Source: Podarcis melisellensis | Lineage: Eukaryota | Length of the DNA: 64,000 nucleotides | Assembly (NCBI GenBank): GCA_964234715.1 | Contig: OZ174281.1 | Strand: one strand, 5' to 3' | Shown: one piece after another, positions 23,429 through 37,258 of the stretch | How the letters are laid out: each line of letters starts with the position of its first letter | Numbering within the stretch: the first letter of the stretch is position 1 | Program-made: the position numbers and the translations under genes | Notes under the pieces: generated by a model | The model's database searches: none | What the model was told of the DNA's origin: nothing | What the model saw: the letters and a program-made list of their open reading frames with translations, nothing else

Positions 23429-26400
23429 AAATTTTTTCCTACAAAAGAATTCATACTACTGATGATGAAAGTATATATATGATGTGCTATTTTTGGTAAC
23501 TGGCAGCATCACGTGTTATATTTGCCTGCAATATCTGCTCACTAAATAGGAAAATATCACACAGGTGCTGTGGCGCCTCTTGTGTGGGACTTACTTCTAT
23601 ATAAGTGTGCAGAGGGCCACAGCTTTGACAACATAAGAATAAGAATAATCAAAACAAATATGCCATCATGAAATGGATGCAAACAGGCTGAGTTAATTAG
23701 CATACCTTGGCAAAGGCAGGTAGCATGTTTAAATACCAATCATTACTTTGTAACAAAACAGGTGCTAAAAGTACTGGACTTATTTCCTTCGCTCTAATTA
23801 TGCAGTTTCACAAAGGTGTGTGCTATGCTCACTTTCTGAATTATGAATGGTTGAATTCCTAAAGAAAATATCAGAACTGTAATTAATGGGACAATGTTCT
23901 TTCCATTTGGATAAAACTGTTGGCATAAATGTGTTAACCATTTAAGTGGTATAAAATATCCATCTCTCTCTTCCATAGGTGTACATTATTTCATACACAC
24001 ATTTGAGTAAAAGACACTCAACATTTAAAGCTTTCACCTTTGTTTCTACCATTTTTGTATCTAATCATTTATCCTCTTATAAATGTTAGCTCCTTTGGAC
24101 AGCAGAAGTATTTTGCTCCTGGTTAAAAGCAGAGAGAATCACCTGACCAACCAACTAACCAACACAGATTTCAATGGGTAAAAAGTTAAGCATGTGAATA
24201 ACTTTCCAATGGAGCTTGACTTTTCTTATAAAGATAGGATGCAAGCAGAAGATACACAGAGATGAACTTCAGCCATGGGCTGAGGCTAACTGAAGTGATC
24301 GGCATACCAGTTAATTATGTATTATTTTTATTAGTTGCTTTTGCATTCCTTTTTATCAATAATTGATAATTAAACATTTAAGAAGGTTATGCCTGTATTA
24401 AAAATCTGGAAAGTGAACTTTAACAATGTGTTTGGATTATCATACCTTAGTTAATTTAGATGAGATATACATGAGCTTTTTGTTCATGCATGCAGCTCCT
24501 TTGTCATAAACCTCAGCTGGATCAAGATTTTAATTAACCACTAACCAGTTTTCTGTTTCATCTGAATTTGGAAATTATGGTAAGCAGCTCCATAACAATC
24601 CAGGATATTAGACTAGCTTCAAACTATGGTGTAGCTATTGTTGGAAGTTTCCTGGTTTAATTGTGATTTGGGTGAATGGATTCCATGTGAGAGCAAAACA
24701 CTGTGCATATCTCAGCTTAATAAGTGAAAACTTCATCTTCCAAAGCAGCTCACTCTCTTTGAAGCTGTCTCATTCTAGCTCATCAGAAAAGCGATTCCCA
24801 TGTTTATAAAGAACTGCCACACAGCAACCCTCAGAAAAGAGCTGATTATCAACAAAAATACTATGTTATATGTCTCAAAGGGATTTATTAATATGTGACC
24901 AGATGGTAACTAGCATTAAACATTTAACTTTTAACCACCAGATTAAGGGAAATGGTTTATATTCACTAACAGAGACAGTTTTTGCAGTAATCTAATTTAA
25001 GTCGTTAACATTACAAAGAGGATTGATAGAACTAATCTAAACTCATCTAAGAGAACATGAAAATGGGAGTAGGCACACTTTATAAATTATAAAACTGTGA
25101 ATAAGAAGACAACTTTATGCCCAGAGTAATAAAGCTAAAAAAAAAAAAAAGCCCCAGGAAGTCTTCTGAAAGATTTACATACTGGGTCTTTCAAGCACAG
25201 CAATATTGATGAATTAAGAGGATTAGACTCAAACAAACAAAAGGCCCTAAAGAAGGATGGATACATAATTCTGATAATGGAAAATGATGTATAATACAGA
25301 TAATGGAAAGTAGTTGGAGAAGAGGGAGGGAATGGCAAGGCCTGAGCTTATTCTCACTCCTTATGATCTTATGAACCTATTTGATAGCCAGTGAAGTGTA
25401 GTGTAAGGGTGGGCAGAAAGCAGATCAGTATCTACTCCTGGAAGATACTCTGGGCAATATGCAACAAATTAGCAATGGGTTCTGACCCCAATTCCAAAAC
25501 AACCACAACAAATGAAGCTGCAAATCAAGAGAATTTCTCTACCCAGCCCCAGTATTCACAACCTGTGAAATATTAAGTAATAATTGATTGCTTTTGACCA
25601 GGTCTTTTCTGAATATCTCTAGGTTTCTGTTAAATTCTCTGATCTGAAGCTTAGCGTCAAACTAGATGTGACTTTTTCACACAGTCACATATGATGTGAC
25701 TTTTTGTGTATTCAAATAGTTGGTGGGTGGGGTGGAGCAATCAACATTTCACATCTGGCTTTGAATGGGGGATCTTGAATTTTAAGTAAACCAAAAAGAT
25801 CCAAACGCCACAATTTTGATGTAACAGACAGAGGGCACAGCCTGACACAGAGACACCAAATCTGAAATTTCTGACTTACAGCTCACTGAATTACATTGTT
25901 CCTTTCACCAGCTCTCAACTGAGCTTGTCTTACACAGTTTTGGAGATGAAAAAGTCCAAACACACTGCTCTGAGCTCTTTAGAAGAATGGTGGCAGACAA
26001 CTGTGATAGATTAAAAGACAAACTGTTCAAGGATAATGACCTTTTCATTATGTTTTCATTATGTTTGCTTATATAACCCTTGTGTTCCAAATATGGAGGG
26101 AATGCCAAAGGGATGGAAGAAGTCATCAACCAAGGTATAAACCTACTGCAGCCATGACTATCACCCCTAAAGCAGGAGTGAAACAATTACAGATCTTGCT
26201 TGGCATTTCTACCTACAATATTGGCATAAAAACTGATGCTGCAGTAGTGAATTCTTGGTACGTCTTAGTACATCTAAAGTCATAAAACGTGTTAGAACTT
26301 TTTACAAATGGTGAGTTGCTTTGCATGCCATGCTGAGCCAAAGTTTGGCTTAGCTAAGTGCAGAGTGGGAGCAAAAAGGTCTAGGGAAGAACAAAGCAAC

Positions 26401-28961
26401 TGCGATTCATGAAATCTTGCTAAGCCAAGGTTACCAGGCCAGTAAGTAGTTCTTAAAACATTTGCCATTTGCTTTAGAAAGAGCAGGGAGTTGTATGTGT
26501 GTTAGTAAAAGGCTAAAACAGCCCTATTTCGTGACTGAAAAAAGCACTTCTAGACAACTTAATCTAGACGAGACGCTACCCCCCCATTATTTTGACTTTT
26601 TCAGTGCTGTAATCTTTCTAGATGAATATAAATGATTCTTTCTGAGCTCAAATTTGTGTTTTGTCACTTGTTATTTAAAGAGATTTATCCTGGCTTGACA
26701 CTGGATCTACTCTATACTTCAGAAATTCCAGTGTAATAAATCTCTCAGTTCCTTTTAGAAAACAGATCATTAAAAAGGGCAGACAGATGGGAGTCAATGT
26801 GCTGTTTTGTAATATGTCCAGCATTACTTAAATTAGATAAATACCCAAACCCGCCAGCCTTAAATCTCTCCTTTCTCTCATAAAATCCAGTGAGATTAGG
26901 AGAGATGCACAAATCAAATTCCAATGCTGGAAAAGCAGCACCCAGGACAATGCACACTGCCGAGACACGTGAAAGATGAATGAATTACCCATAAGCCTGC
27001 AAAGGTGAACTTTAACCTGCTTCTGAATGACTAAAATGATTACTGAAATCCCATTGAGAAGTTTCAGTGATAGTAGAACAGGCGGGAGCGGACAGTCTAT
27101 AATGAGCTTGAACAACATGTTTTCTGAATGTTCCTGAAATATTCCACAAAACATTTTTATGGAAGAATTTTTACACTATCCACAAAATACACTGCCAAAC
27201 TGAGAAACACATTTCTGCAAATACAAATTCACTGTTTACACAGCAGCATTGCCAGCCTTTCTATAACTGCACAGATGGGTATGCAAAAACCCAGACATCA
27301 AATAGCCACTGCTGATTTAAAAAACAGCCTTACAGATAAAGGACTGTCCTCTGACAGCCCTTTAAATAGAGAAATTCCTAGGTCAAGTAGGACCCAAGGC
27401 CACTCAGCTAAGATGACTACTCCTTCGGATGCAGTTTCCTAAATAAGCTATATTTAAACATTCTGAAATATTATTAATAATAGGCATTCTATATTCCGAA
27501 GAGCATTGTAACTATGAATTAGTTGAGTGGAGTCATTGCTAGAGTACATTGCATACAGTCACTGCGGCTGCCTTCACAACAGGTATAAAAATAATAATTA
27601 TAGATAAAAGTGGTTCAGGGACTTCCTTTACTTTCAGCAAACAGAAACCTCTTGGAAGTAACTACTAATAAAGGCTGCAGCCTTTAAGCTGGTAAATAAC
27701 AGTTGAATAAACTTTCCAGAAATCGGTGCTTTGGACAAGGCTTTTTCTCATTAGCATGTTTGTAGGATCCCACAACTCCCCCCCCCCTTTTTTAACAGCC
27801 AGGAGAATAACTCAGTGACTTTTCCTTCAAGTCCCAGTTACTCTGTGATTAATGGCAATGCATATTGAGGGTAAATGGCCACTTCTGTCCCACCAGTTAG
27901 CTTTTTAACCTGCATTGATTATATGTCACTTGGGATGTACAGGCAGTGCATGTTAGCTTATTTATTTTAACAGCATCGCTATTACTGCCTATTGGCTCTA
28001 TAAAAAAGAGCCCCCCAAGGCGGTTTACGACAATATCAATTCAATGAAAAAAAGCATTCCTAGAATAGAATCGCCTACATACTTGCTACTGCATCCTAGC
28101 ATAGTTGGTTTATCTTCACATTAGCAAATAAGATGTTACAATGCACTATAGCTTTCTAGTAAATTCTCCTTTAAATGCAGCTAAACTTGTGAAGGCTGAT
28201 CTTTCCTACTTTTCTCTGATTTAAAGTGGAAAAAGTAGTCCAGCAGAGCCGCATAGCATTTACGAAACTTCTCAGAATTTATACAAATCTTACAGAAAAA
28301 CCTGTGCTCCTAACCTAGACACAGTGCACAAATATTCATTATTCTCCTTAGAAATTATGTTAGGAGTTCCCAGTGCTATTTTTATAGAAAAATAGGTGTT
28401 GGAACTCACCATAAATGCCTTCCCTGTTCTTTTATAATGACAATGGCATCTACCTGAGAAGTGCCGGAACTGACTTTTGGAAAGTTATGGCTGAAAAAAA
28501 GCCCTGAGAGTTCCCATTAAGAAGGTTTTGAATGGCACTCATTTAATTTCAACATCCCTATTTAAAAAAATCAACAACCAGCTCAAACCTCTTCATATCC
28601 TGAGGTTCACATGTAGACTGAAGTGAACAAAGGCTTGATCACCTAGTTCCTCCCAAGAGGAGAGGAAGTGGACATAGCTAAGCCTAGCATGACAGCTTAT
28701 TCTATTATATTAACCCCTTCATGCATTAATTAGACTGAAGTATGTTGATTATGGTAGGCTAGTTATCCCACAATTTTGCCACAGTGGACAGCAAGATGAG
28801 TAATTCAGTTTTTTGGCACCAGACAAACTGCAATGGAAGGGAAGAAGTGCCACATGCAACAAAGACAGGGCGGAACAGAAAACAATGACTTCTTACATCC
28901 CTACCTATAGGTTCTCCACCTCTGAAACATAAGAAAAAAGCAAACCAGGTATATTCTACTC

Positions 28962-29205
28962 CATGAGTAGGCAAACTAAGGCCTGGGGGCCGGATCCGGC
29001 CCAAACGCCTTCTAAATCCGGCCCATGGATGGTCCATGAATCAGCGTGTTTTTACATGAGTAGAATGTGTCTTATTTAAAATGCATCTCTGGGTTATTTG
29101 TGGAATTCGTTCATTCCCCCCCCCAAAAAAAAATATAGTCCAGCCCCCCACAAGGTCTGAGGGACAGTGGACCGGCCCTCTGCTGAAAAAGTTTTCTGAC
29201 CCCTA
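28962..29205. mobile_element. Non-autonomous hAT DNA transposon (MITE)
   Basis: Imperfect TIRs CATGAGTAGGCAAACT / AGTTTTCTGACCCCTA and 8-bp TSD TTCTAC[T/C]C. Paralogous to 31102-31350. Confidence 0.85.
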
Positions 29206-31101
29206 TTCTACCCAGTTGCTCACTAAGAAGCAATTTTGCTCCAGCCTTCCAGTATTCTACCTGACAAAAGCACTGGAATAAACGAAAAGCAAATTAGGCC
29301 CCCTTTTTAAGTTTTAAAATGTTTTGCATCTTACTTTATAAATATGTAATACATTTAAATCACTTTAAATATTTTAGGCTACCTGCATTTATGTTCTTCC
29401 CTCTCTGCAGTGATTACCCATCTCCTTAGTTCCCCCCAACCCCCCAGCCAATTAGTTATGAGCCTATTGAAACATCTTTTAAAAGGTGTTCATTAAATTG
29501 ATTTCCAAAATAAGGTTCCCACAGCTCTTTGGCTTCCGGTATCTTTGATGCCTGCAGTGCTCAAATTACTTTTTGCAGACAATTTTCTTCAACTGGCTCC
29601 TTTGCTCTGCTTGTAAAAAGTCAGCCTTTCAAAGAACCACAAACAAGGCACCAAAACCAAACACAAAACAAACAAAAGCAAATAAATAAGGAGTGTAATT
29701 TGAGCTTTTTAAACGATACAAAAAATCAGAGGGGCAGGCATATATCCAAAACATTCCCTAATTCAGTTCACATAGCAAGGAAAAATATTAGTGTGACTTG
29801 TCCTGCTGTCTTAATATGCATAATGGGGGCCCTTTAGCATTTGCCATGCTTTAGTGTCTTTAAATGCTGGTAAGGAACTATGGCAATCCTATCTCAGGAA
29901 CAATGCAGCCCACTGCTAAGGAACTATGGTGGGGTTAGCCAACGTGGTGCCTTCCAATGCAGTTGGACTCCAACTCGCATCAGCCCTAGTCAACATTGTC
30001 GATCAGGGTAGCCATGTAACTGGATACAAATTCACTTCTTGTCAATGCACTTTGGTTCCAATAATCTGCAGAGTAAGAGGGGAACTAAAACTGGTTTGCC
30101 TAGTCTGAGTACTGGAGAGCGTGCATCTAAATAACTTGCAAAGTAGCACTTTTGGACTTGGCTGAGTATCTTTTTTAGGATTTGGAGGTGCTAGATTGAA
30201 GTTGGTTTGGCACCAACATTACCATGTTATTGCTTTTGTACTGCTGTAATTAACCTGCACATTTGTAAATAGATCATTACAAAGACACCATCAATCTACA
30301 TATCCCCTTCAGAGGAAATTTGCCCTGTAGAGGCTGTCTTGACCTTCCCAAGAGGATTGTGAGACAAAGTATACTGAGCTGGTAAGATCGCTTTGAAGCT
30401 GGTGACTTTGCAATATGTATCACATTCATTATGCAACTGATTTTCTGCTGATGCTTCAAAGGTGTTTGAATACATGTACATTGTCGGAATAAAAATGTTT
30501 CTTATTCTCCGCAGTCATAAATTTTCACAGAAAAATAACATGGAATTAACAACCCTGACCATCTGTCATGACACACAAATGTGTTGCAAATTTCCCCATA
30601 ATAAGCAAAACAAAATGTTAATCAAATGACTAAAATAACCAGACTAATTTAAATCTGTCATTTGGATTGTCCTCAGTTGAAAAACAGAATCCATTCATTA
30701 GAGAATGACAATGAAACTCAAAACTGGTCCAAATGTCAAGTTATTCACTAGGTTCCAAATGTCAAGTTATTCACACTGAGGCTCGGGCAACTATCCAAGG
30801 GTTGCAAGTGTGCTCACACACACACACACTCACCATACATAAAACACACACATACACTTCAGCCAGGCAGGCACACACACAAACAAACAAACACAGGAAG
30901 GCCAGCAGGCATATACATACTGTACATATTCAAGCAAATAGAAAGACACACAGACATATGCATATTCAGACAGTCCCCTTGGCTGCTCTGCCAATCAGCA
31001 GAGGATGGGATTTCCCCCCCCCCCCAAATGCAAGACTATGATGGAATGGGGAAACAGGTGGAGGGAAGCCTACCACTTCTCTTTCAAAGGAGCCCCTTCT
31101 C

Positions 31102-31350
31102 CATGGATAGGCAAACTAAGGCCCGGGGACTGGATCTGGCCCTATCGCCTTCTTAATCCGGCCCGTGGATGGTCCGGTAATCAGCATGTTTTCACATGAG
31201 TAGAATGTGTCCTTTATTTAAAATGCATCTCTGGGTTATTGGCGGGGTATAGGAATTTGTTCATCCCCTCCCCCAAAATATAGTCCAGCTCCCCAAAAGG
31301 TCTGAGGGACAGTGGACCAGCCCTTTGCTGAAAAAGTTTGCTGACCCCTG
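31102..31350. mobile_element. Non-autonomous hAT DNA transposon (MITE)
   Basis: TIRs CATGGATAGGCAAACT / AGTTTGCTGACCCCTG and perfect 8-bp TSD CCCTTCTC. Confidence 0.9.
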
Positions 31351-34108
31351 CCCTTCTCCCTCTGGGGAACCATCATTACAAGGATGTCTTAGAAAGCAGG
31401 AAAGAGCCCTCACTGCTAGACCGTCATGTAATAGCAACACCCCCAAAGGTAGACGAGGCCCTTTTTATACGTAAGAAGAAGCACCTGCTCAGGAGACTGA
31501 AGGTGTTCTGGATGCCACGAAATGCCCCAAAGAAGCTAGCAAGGAATAGTAAGGGCATTGCATAAAAGGTCAATTTGGGGGCGTGGTTATTGCGGGGGGG
31601 GGGGAGTGTGAGACAGAGAAATGCTGGGGCTGTGTCCTCAGATATAACACATTGACTGTTGGATAGCCACCACTGCACTTCTATATTGAAAATTGTCAGA
31701 TGCAGGAAGCACAGCAGAAAGGAGTGCTTTTATATAGTCCACTAAATAAATGTACTGGCTTATGCTTTCTATGAAATAACCATTATGAGCTAAAAGTCTA
31801 TGGCAGCAGGTATTGTAAGCCAAGGCACTTGATGATCAGAGCCTTGTTAACCAACCATAACCTTTAATTATATATAATTATATACAATTCAATTTTGCAA
31901 GGGTTCAGTCCCAAGGATATTGTCACCACTGATTTAGTATATTGATGTTGCAAAAATGGTTAGCTGCCTGCTATCAGGCTATTATTTATGTGAATTGGAA
32001 TGATGGACTTTATGGAAGTCAGAAGGCTAGAGTCAGGTGGACACTGGGGAGGGGCCAAAATAAATTCTGATCAGAAGAAATCTCACAGGGGTGTATCAGC
32101 AAATAGTTCAAGAGCGTATGTTTGCAGACACAAAAACTAGTGTCAATTTAATTGTGATCACCTCAGAAAGTTTTGATTAGTTAATTAAATCATATTTTTT
32201 GACTGATGCAGGATAGTTATCTAATACCACTGAATTATAGTGGTATTATACTACCAGAGACCAGAATTATAGTCTGGTCTGTGGCACTTTGCTTGTATTA
32301 GATGGGAAAATAAATTGATTTTATGACTGCATGGAATGCAGAGCTCTAATATCCTTCTCACTGCTGACTTCCCAAAGTATGTTTAATAACGTAAGTTGAA
32401 AATGCTTCCCATGTTATCTTTAAAATGCATGTTGGCAGGTAAAGCACCGTGGAACCACCCTGAACTTCTGAAAGAATTTCATAAAATTCAGTGGAATTCT
32501 GGCTGTTTTATCAGATTATAGACCAAGTTCTGGCCTGTAAAGCTCCCTTGTCTCAAGACCATACAATTTAGTGTAGGATGGAGAACCTGTGATCCTCCAG
32601 ATGTTGCTGGACTCCAACTCAAGTCCTGCTTGTGGGCTTCCCATAAAAAAGAATAATGTTCTCCCACTGTGAGAACATGAAGCTGGACTAGATTGGACTT
32701 TGACCTGATCCAACATGGATCTTTTTATGTTCTAACAATGATGAAAGCTGCAATCCAGCAATATGTTGCATTGCATTGATTTGCATTGCATTGTATAGGG
32801 TGAAGAGCAGCTTAGGCATTTTAAATGTAACTGACTAAATAAGAAATTCACAATAGTTCAATTATTTTAAAACCATGTTATGGTTGTACATTAGGCATGC
32901 CCACAGAATAAGAAGCTATATACTGGGTTATCCAAATAAAGAACACTTACTCTGTTGCTAAACCAAAGGAACCTGGAAAAGCATCAAAGGGCAGTGTAAC
33001 TGCATCAGAGTTCTGGAAGTTTTCATCTTTCTTTTGCCTTTTAATCAGAGGCTTAACTTGTGTTCCTTTGGAAGTTCACTGAGACATCCACGATTACATC
33101 AAGTGCTCAGGTTTAATCTCTTTACTTGTGGGAATTGTGATGTTTGTTTGCATTTTCTAGGACCAGGTGATCATATTTCAAGTTTCAGAACTTTTGAGAT
33201 TAAGTTGTAATGCCTGAAATGTAAAACAGCTCAGTTCCCACAAAGACTTTCCCTTTAACTAGCAATTGTTGCTACAGTGGATAAAAAGAGTTAGGATAGA
33301 TAATGTAGCTTCTGTACACAAATGTAATAATAATTTGTCTCTTACGTTCAACTGAGAAAAAAGAGTGTGCTTCTATAATAGCATGCAAAGCAACACACAA
33401 GCCCTTTGCTAATGTGATGCTGCCAGAACACAGATCATAGGAACATAGGAAGCTACTGAGATAGGTCATTGGTCCCTCTAAACTCAGAATTGTCTACACT
33501 AACTGGAAGTGGCTCTTCAGGGTTTCAGGCAGGGGACATTTGAAGTCCAACTTGGAGATGCTGGAGACTAAACCTGGGGCCTTCTACATGCAAAGGAGAT
33601 GATCTGCCACTCAGTTACAGCCCTTTCCTGAAGAAGGGAATACCAATAACATATTTGTGTTTGCATATTTCTTCTTCTAACTTCTCTCTTAAACAGTTCC
33701 CATGCTAGTCTGCTTCAGCATAAATTTATTACGGCATGAACTTCCACGGACTAGTGCCCACTTTATCAAATGCATGAAGTGTTTTCCTGAGTGATAAGGA
33801 CATGTGGTTGGGGGTGGATTGCAAGCTCAGAGGGAAATTAAATGAAAGGAAGTGCAGATAGCGACAATGTGCATGATTAATAGTGATGATTCACAAAGAA
33901 TGTATAAAAACTCCAAAATGCACGATTGGGAAACACCTTTATTGGGACCAACAAAATTCATGAAAATGTGGCAAGCTTTCAAGTTCTCCCGTTCTCAGGC
34001 AAGATGTGACACAAAGTAGAGAGAACAAAGGAGGAGAACAAAATAAATATAGTAGAAGTACAAAAATTAGGCTGATGAGCTATAGGCAGGGTTGGCCTAT
34101 AGTTCTTA

Positions 34109-35780
34109 TTTTTTTTTTTTTAATATAATTTTTATTAAGATTTTCCAAATTAAAAACAAATTAGATCCAATTCATACACTTTCTTCCAAAACCAAAGCTA
34201 GGACTTCCCCTTCCCGCCCCCAATTGCGTTCCAAATCTTCCGAATAAGCAATTAAATTCAACAAGTTTTTATCCCATGACTCACTTAACATCAATAACCC
34301 AATTTTTCCAAATTCCCATCCCCTAAGATCGATTTTTTCCCTTCCACGAGTTCCCCCTTTCAAAATTTTATAAAAAAAGAAAAAAAGATATAAAGATAAA
34401 AAAATAATTTTACAACCTTTGGATTCCAAATTTCCCTCCCCCCTTTCTCTGTTGTGTTCCTTCTATCCCTTCATCCTAATGTCTTCCTGAAGTTCCTACC
34501 CACTTAATCCATGTCCCTCTAGTAGTTTGCCAGTCATATTTAATTACAAATGTCCAATCTTGGAAGGAGTCTGTCTCAAAAAGGGGCCCATTTTTTCTAT
34601 CCAGATTTTTATATCCAGGAGTAAAAAACTCCCATTTAATTTCCATAAGCTTGTCAAATCTGGATGTCCCAAATGTTCCCAATTCTGTCCAGTTCATGAT
34701 GTTTCCATATTCTTGTCATTCTCTCTCCTCCTTCTGTTTCCCTGTTTTCCCGCAAAAATGTTCTTTTTCCGTGACCTTCTTATTTTCTGCAGAGGCTTGT
34801 TATTCAGAAGCAAAACATTATGTCATGTCCCTTTCGTTTTCCAACTAAAGAATCCATTGTTTCCTGTAGTTTGTAGCCCTCTGTAGACAAAACAATGTTC
34901 CATTTCTGCAGTTCCCAAGAGATTAAAAGTTACAACTGTTCAGGTTTCCTGAGAAAAACACATGCAATGTCGCTCAGCTCCTCTAGGTGGATCGCGGTAA
35001 CTATGTTCCCTTCCAGATCGAATCCATTAGTCCAAATAGTTTGTAAATCCTTATTTGAAACAATTTGTATACAATTTAAAACAAATGTAACCGGCAAAGT
35101 CCTCAAAGCAAAGTCCCTGCTTTATTCTTCCGTTTTGACAGCCTTTGACAGCTGTCAAAACTCCCGATGCTCTTCCCCAGGTAGTTTCGCGGATCACTCC
35201 AGGGATTCCGGGGGGGGGTTTGTTTTTTTAATACAAATTCCACTTTTCTCCTCCAGCACAGTCTTATAATTTTCCCTCGCGAAGTTGCTAATTCATGAAG
35301 ATAGAGATACGCTCGATCTTAGTCGTTAAGTCCTTTGTTTTGGCTCTTCTACAATTAAGGGGTAGGCTGACTTCCTTTTTTCCACCTCCCCCGTTCGCTC
35401 CAGATTTTAAAAATTTATCCCTCTTTTTTAATCCATAGTCCAATTACTCACGGGTTCTTCTTTTAGGTCCAAATTTTCAATAGAAGAAGTCAGCGCTCTC
35501 CGCCGGATGGCATGCGGCTTCGCTCGGCAGGGATAGCAGAGAACTCAAAGCACCACGCTTCTCCCCGGCGCCCGATCCGTAGCCTTTAAAAAGGCTCCTT
35601 CACGAGCCGGGAGGGCGCTAACGGTGCCAGCCGAGTCTCCATGTCCACGGCCTCACTCTGGCCGTGGTTTTTGAGGGTCCCCGCATCGCCGGTGCGGTAG
35701 GACCCAGCCCCTGCCGAGCAGGCTCCCTCCGGAGCTCGGAGGGAGCCCGCCATTCGGCGATGGCGCCGACCCGGAAGTCC
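34109..35780 (-). mobile_element. Short L1-derived non-autonomous retroposon with both 5' and 3' ends
   Basis: Perfect 16-bp TSD TGGCCTATAGTTCTTA (34093-34108, 35781-35796). Poly(A) tail reads as a T-run at 34109-34121. CpG-rich 5' end begins GGACTTCCGG...ATGGCG, as in L1 5' UTRs. No long sense ORF. Confidence 0.8.
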
Positions 35781-36731
35781 TGGCCTATAGTTCTTAGAAG
35801 GTGAGGCAGGGAATAGCTAGGATGGTTCCCTCTCCCCATCTTGGACATCCAGCAATCCTGAGACAGAGCCCTCGTCCCAGTCACTGCTTGTGCCGCATCC
35901 ACTGTCCCCCCACATCTCAAGATCCTCTTCCTCTTTTGCCTCTGACAGATCCTGCCAATGCCCCTGCCCCATCCTGCCTGACACCACAGGGCCCATGACA
36001 GCCACTAACTTTTATACCTGCCAGATATATAGTGGCTATCTCCTCATGGCTGCTGTGGTTCACTTTATAAAGCGATAGTGCTGCATTGAAATTTATCTCT
36101 GACAAATGGGAGCCCAACTTTAACAGATAAAAGTGCCATCCGGCTTGATTCATCAGAAGAAACAAAGACCTCTTGTTGAGAGAGCCATTTGAACTCAAGT
36201 TAACTGTGACTCCTCCACCGTCCTTGGAACATCTGGCCATATGGGCTGTAAGCAGATTAATCCAGCGCTTTGCACTCTCCTCCTTTAAACAGCTTAAAGG
36301 TTGCTGTTTAAATAGCACAGCATGCAATATATTGTTTTGTGTTTCTTCTTTTTTTGTAAAAGAAGACCAACACATCCCCACCACCACCGAATACTGGTAT
36401 TAAATGAACAGCCCACTCCCCGGGCTATTTCGGGAAGGCTTTAAGGCAAGCCAAGGTTTTGACAATTACCAGCACTGAGGCAGATCTTTTCTTTCTTGCT
36501 TTGCGGATCCAAATGTAACCTTTCCCAAAGTTGTCACATCTTATCTGGCTTACATGATTGAACTAGACACATAACTTCCACTCTTACTGCTTCCTAGAAA
36601 TGTAATTTACAACATTACAGCTCAGCTTGAAGTAGTGAGAACAAGGCAGCCAGTGGTAAGCCAAGTAGCAGGCAAGTCTGGGAGATCTACAGAGTAGAAG
36701 CATAACATAAGAATCAGAAATGGCACAAGTA

Positions 36732-36790
36732 TTTCCCACACATGGAGTACATGGAGGAATTTTCCCCACACATGGAGTACATGGAGGAAT
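36732..36790. repeat. ~30-bp tandem duplication
   Basis: TTTCCC(C)ACACATGGAGTACATGGAGGAAT x2. Confidence 0.95.
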
Positions 36791-37072
36791 TTTTTTCACT
36801 AGGTATTTAGCCTCCATTGATTCCCACTGGATTTAGTTATCTTTTTCGGTATTTATATCGTATTTAGAGAGTTAAGGATGGAAAGATCAGGAAACCCTGG
36901 CCCAGTTTTTCTTCACCACCACCACCATTTTATTCTTCAGAATGAATAGTGGTGTTTTTTTAAAAGCAGGGTTTAAAAATATTGCTTTAGGTGCAATATG
37001 CGATGGTTTTTAATTTACAGAACCGCAGCGGTAGACAATCTACAGCATTATGAAATTACAGTCCGCGTATAC

Positions 37073-37258
37073 CAGGGGTAGTCAACCTTTTTATACCTAC
37101 AGCCCACTAATGCATATTTCTTGATGGTAAAATTTCCTTACCACTCACCAGTGCTCAATGGAAGGAGGATTCAGCCTGTGCCGTAGAACCCCCTAACGCC
37201 CACCTAGAATCCTGAAATGCCCATGAGTGGGCAGAACGGACCAGGTTGACAACCCCTG
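37073..37258. mobile_element. hAT MITE (second family)
   Basis: TIRs CAGGGGTAGTCAACCT / AGGTTGACAACCCCTG and 8-bp TSD G[C/T]GTATAC. Confidence 0.9.

Noticed and set aside
35500-35780. CpG island promoter of a host gene
   Set aside because: It lies inside the TSD-bounded L1-derived insertion and is that element's 5' UTR.
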